NCBI GenBank assembly: GCA_964585575.1
Contig: CAZPEM010000001.1
Span: 4,994 to 68,993 of the forward strand
Direction: 5' to 3'
DNA length: 64,000 nucleotides
Source of the DNA: an uncultured Chitinophagaceae bacterium
GTDB lineage: Bacteria; Planctomycetota; Planctomycetia; Pirellulales; UBA1268
Within the stretch, counting starts at the first letter, position 1. Each line of letters opens with the position of its first letter. Shown in pieces: positions 28,056-36,599 of the stretch. Position numbers and translations under genes: made by a program. Below the pieces are notes generated by a model, which was not told the DNA's origin, did no database searches, and worked only from the letters and a program-made list of their open reading frames with translations.

Positions 28056-28961
28056 ATGGCAGCCACCGGCCAGATCAAGACCACCGACAAGTCGCTCTCG
28101 CAGCTGAAGGAGGAGATCTGCGACATCGGCCGACGCATCTACAACAAGGGATTCGCGGCCGGCAACGATGGCAACATCTCCTTCCGGCTCGGCCCCAACG
28201 AGGTGCTCTGCACCCCGACGATGATCTCGAAGGGCTTCATGAAGCCCTCCGACCTCTGCATCGTCGACATGGAGGGGAAGCAGATCGGCGGCAACCGCAA
28301 GCGTTCGAGCGAGATCCTGCTCCACCTGACGATCATGAAGGAACGGCCCGACGTCAACTCGGTGGTCCACTGCCATCCGCCCCACGCCACCGCCTTCGCC
28401 GTGGCCCGGGAGCCGATCCCTCAGTGCGTCCTGCCGGAGGTCGAGGTGTTTCTCGGCGACGTGCCGATCACCCGCTACGAGACGCCCGGCGGCCAGAAGT
28501 TCGCCGACACGGTCAAGCCGTTCGTAAAGCAGTCGAACGTCGTCATCCTCGCCAACCACGGCACGGTCAGCTTCGGCGAGACGGTCGAGAAGGCCTACTG
28601 GTGGACCGAGATCCTCGACGCCTACTGCCGGATCCTCATGCTCGCGAAGGATCTCGGCCGCGTCACCTACCTCACGAAGCAGGAGACGAAGGAACTGCTC
28701 GACCTCAAGGCGAAGTGGGGCTACACCGACCCGCGGCTCGACAAGTCGATGGAAAACTGCGACATCTGCGCCAACGACGTCTTCCGCGCGAGCTGGGGCA
28801 CCGCCGGCGTGACCCGCAAGGCGTTCGACGCGCCTCCCCCGATGGGCGCCGAGCCCGACACCGCAACGCGGCCGACGGTTCCGGCGGGGCTCGACCACGA
28901 AACCCTCGTGAAGGTGGTCACGGAGCAGGTCTGCCGGCAGCTCGGCATCTCGGCCGCCTGA
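28056..28961 (+). CDS. Class II aldolase (fuculose/rhamnulose-1-phosphate aldolase-like) with C-terminal encapsulation peptide
   Basis: AAGNDGNISFR, metal-binding His residues (VVHCHPPHATAF, LANHGTVSFG), AAGGAG RBS. A C-terminal P-rich linker is followed by the amphipathic helix DHETLVKVVTEQVCRQLGI. Confidence 0.9.
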   Translation: MAATGQIKTTDKSLSQLKEEICDIGRRIYNKGFAAGNDGNISFRLGPNEVLCTPTMISKGFMKPSDLCIVDMEGKQIGGNRKRSSEILLHLTIMKERPDVNSVVHCHPPHATAFAVAREPIPQCVLPEVEVFLGDVPITRYETPGGQKFADTVKPFVKQSNVVILANHGTVSFGETVEKAYWWTEILDAYCRILMLAKDLGRVTYLTKQETKELLDLKAKWGYTDPRLDKSMENCDICANDVFRASWGTAGVTRKAFDAPPPMGAEPDTATRPTVPAGLDHETLVKVVTEQVCRQLGISAA

Positions 28962-28978
28962 AGGAAAAAAGGACACCC

Positions 28979-29917
28979 ATGAAAGTCGGAATCATCGGCG
29001 GCGGCGGAATCGTCGGCTCCTCGGCGGGCTTCGCGCTCCAGCTCGGCGGGATCGTGCACGAGATCGTGATCGTCGACGCCAACGCCGAGCTGGCCGACGG
29101 ACAGGCTCTCGACATGCTCCACGGCACGGCGGCGATCGCCGACCAGTCGATCCGTTCGGGTGGCTACGATTCGCTCGCCGACGCCGACTGCATCTGCATC
29201 ACGGCGGGCCTGCGTCGCAAGCCCGACGAGAGCCGGCTCGCCCTCATCAACCGCAACGTGGAGCTGTTCCGGTCGATCCTGGCCTCCATCAAGAGCCACG
29301 GCCTGCGGCCCGACGCCACGGTGCTCGTCGTCAGCAACCCCGTCGACATCCTCACGTATCTCGCGGAGAAGGATCTCGGCCTGCCCAAGGGCCGCGTGAT
29401 CGGCCTCGGCACGCTCCTCGACACGCTCCGCTTCCGCAGCCTGCTTGCGATGAATCTCGAGGCCCCCGCGACGCAGGTTCAGGCGATGATCCTCGGCGAG
29501 CACGGCGACAGCATGGTGCCGGTCTGGAGCAGCGCGAGCATCGCCGGCCTGCCGCTCGAGAAATACCCCGGCTTCAGCCCGAAGCTCGGCGAAGCGGTCT
29601 TCCAGCGGGCGAAGACGAGCGGCGCCGAGATGATCAAAAAGAAGACGGGCGCCGGATTCGCCGTCGGCGTCTCGATCGCCGAGGTGATCCACGCGATGGC
29701 GCTCGATTCGAAGCGGGTTCTGCCGGTCTCGACCGTGCAGTCGGGCTGCTACGGGCTCCGCGACGTGGCGATCTCCGTCCCCACGGTCGTCGGCCGGGCC
29801 GGAGCGGAAGCCACGCTCGAGATCGATCTGTGGCCCAAGGAGCTCCAGGGGATCCGGCGAAGCGGCTCCGTCCTCCAGGAGACGCTCGGCCAGGTGCTCT
29901 CCGCCGCAAAGGGCTAG
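28979..29917 (+). CDS. L-lactate/malate dehydrogenase-family NAD(P) oxidoreductase (BMC-associated; putative lactaldehyde/lactate-level redox step)
   Basis: ATG 28979 lies within ORF 28424-29917. MKVGIIGGGGIVGSS Rossmann motif, ITAGLRRKPDESRLAL, VVSNPVDILT, ILGEHGDSMVPVWS. Confidence 0.85.
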   Translation: MKVGIIGGGGIVGSSAGFALQLGGIVHEIVIVDANAELADGQALDMLHGTAAIADQSIRSGGYDSLADADCICITAGLRRKPDESRLALINRNVELFRSILASIKSHGLRPDATVLVVSNPVDILTYLAEKDLGLPKGRVIGLGTLLDTLRFRSLLAMNLEAPATQVQAMILGEHGDSMVPVWSSASIAGLPLEKYPGFSPKLGEAVFQRAKTSGAEMIKKKTGAGFAVGVSIAEVIHAMALDSKRVLPVSTVQSGCYGLRDVAISVPTVVGRAGAEATLEIDLWPKELQGIRRSGSVLQETLGQVLSAAKG

Positions 29918-29940
29918 CCCGCCGTGAAAAACGGCTAGCC
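29912..29940. terminator. Hairpin formed by two copies of the palindromic octamer GGCTAGCC, each containing the TAG stop of one convergent gene
   Basis: ggctagcc occurs at 29912-29919 (TAG of the + strand dehydrogenase) and at 29933-29940 (TAG of the - strand RND gene). They are separated by cgccgtgaaaaac. An 8-bp stem is possible, and there is no U-tract. Confidence 0.3.
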
Positions 29941-32900
29941 GCCGGCGTGGGCGGCGTGCGGAGCCACGTGCTGGCCGAGGGTGTCGCGACCCAGCCGCTT
30001 CCACAGCCAGAGGCGGCCATGGGAGGCCACCTCGTACAACGTGGGCAGCACGAGCAGCGTCATGAACGTGCTGCTGATGACCCCCCCGATCACGACCGAC
30101 GCCAGCGGCCGCTGCACCTCCGCCCCCATCCCCGACGAGATCGCCATCGGGACGAATCCCAGGCTGGCGACCGTGGCCGTCATGAGCACCGGCCGGAGCC
30201 GCGTCACGGCGGCCTCGAAGATCGCCTCGTGCAGCGGCTTGCCCTCGGCCGCGAGATGCCGGATGAACTCCACGAGCACGAGGCTGTTGAGCACCGCGAT
30301 CCCCGACAGGGCGATGAAGCCGACCGCAGCCGAGATCGAGAAGGGCATCTCGCGCACGAACAGCGTGATCACGCCCCCGATACAGGCGAACGGCACGCTC
30401 GTGAACACGAGCATCGAGTCGAAAAGGTTCCCGAACGTCATGTAGAGCATGACGATGATCAGGATCATGGCGATCGGCACGACGATCTGCAGCCGCTTCG
30501 TGGCCCGCTCGAGGTTCTCGAACTGCCCGCCCCACACGATCCGGTAGCCCTTGCCCAACTCCACCCGCTTGGCGATCTGCCGCTGGGCATCCTGGACGAA
30601 GCCCGCCATGTCGCGGCCGCGGATGTTGCACTGGATGGTGATCCGACGCTCGCTCCACTCCCGTGAGATCACCCGGGCGCCGCTCGTCTCCTCGACCGTG
30701 GCCACCCGCGACAGCGGGATCCGCTCTCCCGTGCTCGTGGTGAGCGTCAGCGATGCGATCGTCTCGGGCGAGGTCCGCAGTTCCTGTGGCAGGCGGATCG
30801 CCAGGGGAAACCGCAGTTCGTCCTCGATGATCTCGCTGACGACCTTGCCGCCGATCGACTCGACCACGTCGAGCACGCTCTTCCGCGAAATGCCGTAGCG
30901 GGCGATCTTGTCCTCGTCGATCTTCACCCGCAGGACGGGCTGCCCCTTGATCTGCTCGGTCGTCAGGTCGGCGGCGCCGGGGATCGATCGGAGCACATCC
31001 TCGATCTCACGGGCTTTGGCGATGAGCGTGTCGAGGTCCTTGCCGAAGAGCTTCACCGCCACGTCGGCCCGAACCCCCGAGATCATCTCGTTGATCCGCA
31101 TCTCGATCGGCTGCGTGAAGAAGACGATCTGGCCGGGAAACTTCTCGACCTCCCGGCTCATGGCCTGCACGAGCTCGTCCTGGGACTCGACCCGCTTCTT
31201 CACGGTCGTCGTCACGCCGTCCACGACCCGCTCGACGTCGACGATCTTCTTCCAGGTTTCCCGTGGCTTGAGCATCACGAAAATATCGGTGCTCTCGATC
31301 GTACCGGGGTCGGTGGCGACCTCCGGGGCCCCCTGCCGCGACCAGCACCGCTCGACCTCGCCGGGAAACTCCCGCAGGATCATCTTCTCCATCTCGGTGT
31401 TGATCCTGATCGACTGCTCCAGGCTCGTTCCCGGCGGCCGCAGGATGCCGATCACGATCGAACCCTCGTTGAGCCGGGGCACGAACTCGCCCCCGAGCTT
31501 CAGCGCGATCGACAGGGCCACCGCCAGCATGATCGCCGTGGCCCCCAGGACGATCGTCGGCCGGGCCATCACGGTCGCGAGCAGCGGCCGATACACGAAG
31601 GCGAGCCCCCGCACGAGCAGGGGCTCGGTCTCGGTCATCTGCTTCGGCAGCACGAGGCTCGCCAGCACCGGGATCACGGTCAGGGTGAGCAGGAGCGACC
31701 CGGCCAGCGCGAACACGACGGTGAGGGCCATCGGCCGGAAGAGCTTTCCTTCGACCCCCTCGAGCGCCACGATCGGCAGGTAGACGATCATGATGATCAA
31801 CACGCCGAACAGGCCGGGCTTGGCGACCTCGCAGCAGGCGTCGCGGATGACGTCGAAACGCTCACGTCCCGACGTGTCGTGGGACAGCCGCCGCACGACG
31901 TTCTCGATCGTCACGACCGCGCCGTCGACCACGAGGCCGAAGTCGAGCGCCCCCAGGCTGAGCAGGCTCCCGGCGATGCCCGCCCGCGACATTCCCAGGA
32001 AGGCGAACAGCATCGACAGCGGAATCGCGCTGGCCACGATCAGCCCGGCCCGAAGGTTTCCCAGGAAGATGAACAGGATCGCGACGACGAGGAGGGCGCC
32101 CTCGGCGAGGTTCTTGCGGACCGTGGCGATGACCTTGTCCACGAGCTTGGTACGATCGTAGACGGTGTCGGCCGTCATCCCCTCCGGCAGCTGCCCCGAG
32201 GAGATCAGGTTGCCGGCCTCGTCGTACCGGTCGTGCACGTAGCGGTCGAATCGGTCGGCCAGGTTCCGCGTGACGTTGTAGCTGTTCTCGCCCATCCGCA
32301 TGAAGCCGAGGCCGAGGGCGACTTCCCCCTGCCCGTTGGCCGTCACCGCCCCGCGGCGGATCTCGTGGCCGATGACGACGTCGCCGATGTCCTCCAGGCG
32401 GATCGGCACGCCGTCCTCGGCCGTGATCATCATTTTCTTGATCTGCTCGACGTTCGTCGTCCGGCCCACACCGTGAACCAGCAGCATGTCGCCGCGGCGG
32501 TTGATGTTTCCGCCGCCGACGTTGAGGTTGTTGGCCTGCAGGGCGGCCACGACCTCCTCGAAGTTGAGGTCGTGCTTCGAGAGCCGGACGGGGTTGAGCA
32601 GCACCTGGTACTGCTTCTTGAGCCCGCCCCAGCTGTTGATCTCGGCCGTGCCGGGAACCTGCCGCAGCTCCGGCTTCACCCGCCAGTCGAGCGTCGTGCG
32701 GGCCTCGGTGAGAGCCTGCTCCGAGTCGTCTTTCGGCTTGACCGTGAAGTGGAAGACCTCTCCCAAGCCGGTCGACACTGGCCCCATCTCCGGCCGCGGA
32801 ATGCCGGGCGGCATCTCGATTCCCGAAAGCCGCTCGGCGATCTGCTGCCGGGCGAAGTACACGTTCGTGCCGTCCTCGAACGTGACGACCACCTGCGACA

Positions 32901-33168
32901 GGCCGAACTGCGAGATGGACCGGATCTGTTGCAGGCCCGGCAGGCCGCCGAGCGAAAGCTCCACCGGGAAGGTGATGAGCTTTTCCACCTCCTCCGGCAC
33001 CATCGACGGCGCCACGGTGTTGATCTGCACCTGGATCGGCGTCGTGTCGGGGAAGGCATCGACGTTCAGCGATGCCAACGCCGAGACGCCGGCGGCCACC
33101 AACACCAAGACCCCCGCAAGAACCGCCAGGCGGTGGTTCATCGAGCCGCTGATGATTCCGTTCAGCAT
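29935..33168 (-). CDS. Heavy-metal efflux RND permease (CusA/CzcA family)
   Basis: 1077 aa with 12-TM RND topology. The N-terminus is HME-type (MNHRLAVLAGVLVLVAAGVSALASLNVDAFPDTTPIQVQI). Confidence 0.9.
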   Translation of the reverse strand: MLNGIISGSMNHRLAVLAGVLVLVAAGVSALASLNVDAFPDTTPIQVQINTVAPSMVPEEVEKLITFPVELSLGGLPGLQQIRSISQFGLSQVVVTFEDGTNVYFARQQIAERLSGIEMPPGIPRPEMGPVSTGLGEVFHFTVKPKDDSEQALTEARTTLDWRVKPELRQVPGTAEINSWGGLKKQYQVLLNPVRLSKHDLNFEEVVAALQANNLNVGGGNINRRGDMLLVHGVGRTTNVEQIKKMMITAEDGVPIRLEDIGDVVIGHEIRRGAVTANGQGEVALGLGFMRMGENSYNVTRNLADRFDRYVHDRYDEAGNLISSGQLPEGMTADTVYDRTKLVDKVIATVRKNLAEGALLVVAILFIFLGNLRAGLIVASAIPLSMLFAFLGMSRAGIAGSLLSLGALDFGLVVDGAVVTIENVVRRLSHDTSGRERFDVIRDACCEVAKPGLFGVLIIMIVYLPIVALEGVEGKLFRPMALTVVFALAGSLLLTLTVIPVLASLVLPKQMTETEPLLVRGLAFVYRPLLATVMARPTIVLGATAIMLAVALSIALKLGGEFVPRLNEGSIVIGILRPPGTSLEQSIRINTEMEKMILREFPGEVERCWSRQGAPEVATDPGTIESTDIFVMLKPRETWKKIVDVERVVDGVTTTVKKRVESQDELVQAMSREVEKFPGQIVFFTQPIEMRINEMISGVRADVAVKLFGKDLDTLIAKAREIEDVLRSIPGAADLTTEQIKGQPVLRVKIDEDKIARYGISRKSVLDVVESIGGKVVSEIIEDELRFPLAIRLPQELRTSPETIASLTLTTSTGERIPLSRVATVEETSGARVISREWSERRITIQCNIRGRDMAGFVQDAQRQIAKRVELGKGYRIVWGGQFENLERATKRLQIVVPIAMILIIVMLYMTFGNLFDSMLVFTSVPFACIGGVITLFVREMPFSISAAVGFIALSGIAVLNSLVLVEFIRHLAAEGKPLHEAIFEAAVTRLRPVLMTATVASLGFVPMAISSGMGAEVQRPLASVVIGGVISSTFMTLLVLPTLYEVASHGRLWLWKRLGRDTLGQHVAPHAAHAGG

Positions 33169-33252
33169 GGAGTGAAATGCTGCGAAGCCGATGAAGTTCC
33201 GGACCCGCCCACGTCTAATCTACGGAACGCACAAACTGCTTCGGACAGGAAT

Positions 33253-34752
33253 CTACGGCGACGTTGACGTCATCTTGCGGGTCGCCATTTCCGATTTGAG
33301 CATGTGGCTCCCATCGACGACGACACGGTCCGCGGTCGAAAGACCCTTGATGATTTCCACGAACCCATCGTCCACCGTCCCGGGCAGCACCATCCTTTGG
33401 CAGAAGATCGATTCATCGTCGTCGGCTTCCGGCCGCTCCTCGACGAAGACAAAGTGCTTCTCTCCGTCCCACTGAACGGCCATGGCCGGCACGGCCACGG
33501 CGGAAGGCCGGTTGCGGACCCGAATCCGCCCGACGCCATACGTGTTGGCCTTCAGGAGTCGGTGGCTGATCCCGTCGCCATCCGCATCGACCAGCGGATT
33601 GTCGACCTCGGCCAGAGCCTGCAGCGTGCGGGTCTTGTCGTCGAGTTCGGTGCTGATCCAGTTCACCTTGCAGTTGAGGGAGCCGGGGATCCCGTCGGCG
33701 ATGTACTCGACAGGCTGCCCGACCGCGACGCGGAGGGCGTCTTCCTTGTTGATGTTGAGCCGGAGCAACATCCGAGAGACGTCGGCGATCGCAATCTCCG
33801 ACCGCTCCGGAGACACGACCTCGCCGCGGACGACCTCGCACTTGATCACCACACCGTCGAACGGTGCCACGACCGGGATGAGATTCGCCGAAGTGGAGGC
33901 CCGATCAAGGTGCGACGAGATCTCGGAAGGCAGTCCCAGGAAATGGATCTTGTGACCTCGCTCGGCATCCGACAATCCGTCGAAGTCCTCGTGCCGGATC
34001 GAAAATCCGAGGTTGATGAGCGCCTGTTGGGCATTGAACCGATTGACGAGCGCCTGCCGCAGGGCCGACCGTGCTTCGGCGAGCTGGCGGCCCGCGACGG
34101 CCTGACCGACCGACTCGAGACGGTCCACGGTCAATTTCTTGAGCTCAGCGTCGACGAGCGACTCCAGAAAACCCGCCTTGGCGTCACCAACGGCGGACGC
34201 GTCGAGGATGACCAACAGTTCACCCTGCCGGACCGTGTCGCCCAGCCGCTTCTCGACCCGCCACACGGTGCCGGGCACGCGGGCGGCCAGCGACGCGACG
34301 CCGTTGCGGACATACGTGATGGCGCCGGGGGCGACGACATGCTCTTCCATCTGCCGCTCGACCACGGGATGGACTTCGATGAAGGAATCCCCGGCCGTCT
34401 GCTGGTCTACCGAGACGACCTCCGAAGCCGCCGTTTGGCTCACCGCGGGTCGCGTTTCAGGTCCGGAGGCCGCCGCGGCCCTTCCGCCGCTCGCGGCCTG
34501 GGATCCGGACGTCAGCTCGGCCGATGACTCGCTCCGAGCGGCCGCTTTTCCGCGGCTCGAGTCGGATTCATGCCCAGCAGGCTCGTGGCCACCGGATTCA
34601 TGGTCATGATGGGCGTGAGCATGGTGCTTGCCCCATTGGCTGGGAAGAAACGTCCAGTCGGTTTCGTGGCCGTAAACCGCGGCGAGCGCCAGCGTCCCGA
34701 GGACCGCGAGATTCGGGACGCACGAACCCAGAAACTTGATCACAAGGTGCAT
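33253..34752 (-). CDS. RND efflux periplasmic adaptor (membrane fusion protein) with His-rich N-terminal region
   Basis: An N-terminal TM anchor is followed by HHAHAHHDHESGGHEPAGHESD. The MFP barrel/lipoyl motifs are present (VVAPFDGVV, GDTVRQGELLVILD). A GGAG RBS lies 9 nt upstream of the ATG at 34752. Confidence 0.88.
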   Translation of the reverse strand: MHLVIKFLGSCVPNLAVLGTLALAAVYGHETDWTFLPSQWGKHHAHAHHDHESGGHEPAGHESDSSRGKAAARSESSAELTSGSQAASGGRAAAASGPETRPAVSQTAASEVVSVDQQTAGDSFIEVHPVVERQMEEHVVAPGAITYVRNGVASLAARVPGTVWRVEKRLGDTVRQGELLVILDASAVGDAKAGFLESLVDAELKKLTVDRLESVGQAVAGRQLAEARSALRQALVNRFNAQQALINLGFSIRHEDFDGLSDAERGHKIHFLGLPSEISSHLDRASTSANLIPVVAPFDGVVIKCEVVRGEVVSPERSEIAIADVSRMLLRLNINKEDALRVAVGQPVEYIADGIPGSLNCKVNWISTELDDKTRTLQALAEVDNPLVDADGDGISHRLLKANTYGVGRIRVRNRPSAVAVPAMAVQWDGEKHFVFVEERPEADDDESIFCQRMVLPGTVDDGFVEIIKGLSTADRVVVDGSHMLKSEMATRKMTSTSP

Positions 34753-35290
34753 GATTCGACTCCGTCAACCTTGACCAAAACCGATCGTTTGGGAGACCCA
34801 TAACAGCTCGAAATCACGGCCGTTCAGTGGTCCTGCGCCTTTCATCTGCTGCCCCGGCCGGACGCCCTCGGGGCAGCCCCCTGACACCCGCGGGCCAACC
34901 TTTTGGGACAACGGTTTGGGGAATGAACATTGAGGGGAGGGGCGACCTTGGCCGGATGGTAGGCGGGGCGGGAAGGGAGGCAAAAATCGACGAACGAACC
35001 AAGCTCCTGGCCAAAAGATCAACCGTTAACTACCAGGACCAATTGGAGCAAAAATCGTGCCACACTTGGGTTTGTCTAGGTCCTTGCGTTTTTCGCGGCA
35101 GTCGCCGAACAATGCCTCAAAGACGGGCGTTTTGCATGCCGTCACGAAGCCCCAAACGTGGGCATTCGCTGCGATCGCTGCCGCGCGACTGGGCACCAAA
35201 CCGCGTCGCGGTTGAGCTCGTAGCGGAAACGAACCTCGAGAACCCTTGGCCCGCAAACACCGACAACAGCCTGGAGCGACGGAAACACTC

Positions 35291-35809
35291 ATGAGCCCGA
35301 CAGCGATTGGACTTACCGCGGCTTTCATCGCCGCCGCGTTCGCGTGCGGATGCCAGCCGCAGGCAACACCAGCTGCCCTGGAGACGGCGGCCGCCCCAGA
35401 GAAGGAGAAAGTGACGACCCGAAAGACGATCGGAAAAACGACCCAAAAAGTCCTCGAGTTGTCCAAGGCGGTTGCCAGCGGCGGCGTGCCCGCGGAAATG
35501 TCGATCGAAAGCGGCGGGCTCGAGGTCGTGGCCGACGCCTACCGCACGAGCGTCGGCAAGCTTGCGGTGCTCGCCGTCGAACAAAAGATGAAGCTGCACG
35601 AGGCCGAGCATGGCTCGCCGCCAAAGTCCTACGCGGAGTTCATGGCCAAGATCATCGAGCCGGGAAGCAGTTCCGGCATCCAGCTGCCGATGCTCCCGTA
35701 CTACCAGGAATACGCATACGACCCGGCGAGGAAGGCCCTCGTCGTCGTCGAGTTTCCGGAAAAGAAAGCCCGGCGGGAACAGGAGACGACCGGGCCGGCT
35801 GGTATATGA
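35291..35809 (+). CDS. Hypothetical lipoprotein
   Basis: ATG 35291 lies within ORF 35246-35809. The signal peptide carries a lipobox (LTAAFIAAAFACGC). Confidence 0.6.
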   Translation: MSPTAIGLTAAFIAAAFACGCQPQATPAALETAAAPEKEKVTTRKTIGKTTQKVLELSKAVASGGVPAEMSIESGGLEVVADAYRTSVGKLAVLAVEQKMKLHEAEHGSPPKSYAEFMAKIIEPGSSSGIQLPMLPYYQEYAYDPARKALVVVEFPEKKARREQETTGPAGI

Positions 35810-35880
35810 CCGCCGAGCGGTCGAGCCGGTATATGACCGCCAAGCGGTCGAGGCGGTTTATGACCGCCAAGCCGCTTCAC
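35801..35880. repeat. 27-bp tandem repeat (~3 copies), each unit carrying a GACCGC-N3-GCGGTC hairpin, filling the gap between two convergent genes
   Basis: ggtatatgaccgccgagcggtcgagcc (35801-35827), ggtatatgaccgccaagcggtcgaggc (35828-35854), ggtttatgaccgccaagccgcttcac (35855-35880). The first unit contains the TGA stop of the + gene and the last contains the stop of the - gene. Confidence 0.85.
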
Positions 35881-36593
35881 TCCTCGGCCAGCCGCCGCAA
35901 CGTCGCGATGCAGGCCTCGACGGCGGGCGTGTCGTATCCGCGAACGTGCCCCTTGCGGTCCGCCTCCTCGAGGACCAGCAGATCCTCGAAGTCTTCGCTT
36001 GCCTCGAGCCGTCGCCTCGCCCGAATGCCGAGCGAGCCCTCGTGGAGCTGCCTCGCCGCCGGCAGCTGCTCGACGAACCAGCGAGTGCGTTCCGTGACCA
36101 TGTCGCCGAGCAGCTCGACGCCGGCGGCCACCGGGTCGCGTCGGTCCACCGCCTTGCCGACGTCGTGAACGAGCGCGGCCGTGAGGAGTTCCTCGTCGTA
36201 CGGTCGCTCCCGCTCGACGAGGTCGAAGACCTGCAGCGAGTGCTCGAGCAAGTCCCCTTCAGGATGTCTCGAAGGATCCTGGCGCACGGTCGAGAGCACG
36301 CGAACAAGTTCCGCCAGGCGATCGAACCGGTCGCCGAGATGATGTGACGACGACGCCCCGCCCGATCCGGAAATGTCGCGTTGGACGATTTCTCGCAGGA
36401 TCGAACGATGGCCGGGAAGGTCGCCCTCCGGCACGTACTTCCCCGCCACACTGCGGGCCGCCCGCAGCCGGGCCCGGCGGGCGTCCTGCCCCTCGCCGAC
36501 GAGCCGGGCCGCCTCCCTCGCGATGCGATGCCGAAGCTTCTCGGCCGAGGGGTCGTTCGATTCCGCGACGGGTTCGGGTTCGTTCATGGCCAT
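35877..36593 (-). CDS. HD-domain phosphohydrolase
   Basis: The HD motif is present (HPEGDLLEHSLQV...LLTAALVHDVGKAVD). It lies 6 nt downstream of the DUF1080 gene on the same strand. Confidence 0.75.
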   Translation of the reverse strand: MAMNEPEPVAESNDPSAEKLRHRIAREAARLVGEGQDARRARLRAARSVAGKYVPEGDLPGHRSILREIVQRDISGSGGASSSHHLGDRFDRLAELVRVLSTVRQDPSRHPEGDLLEHSLQVFDLVERERPYDEELLTAALVHDVGKAVDRRDPVAAGVELLGDMVTERTRWFVEQLPAARQLHEGSLGIRARRRLEASEDFEDLLVLEEADRKGHVRGYDTPAVEACIATLRRLAEE

Positions 36594-36599
36594 CGCCGT

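Noticed and set aside
34765-35294. Small ORFs in the RND/lipoprotein intergenic region (34765-35022 -, 34814-35014 -, 34827-35294 +).
   Set aside because: They have no RBS context, poor GC3 bias, and Pro/Arg/Gly-rich or stop-adjacent sequences with no motif. I treated the region as noncoding.
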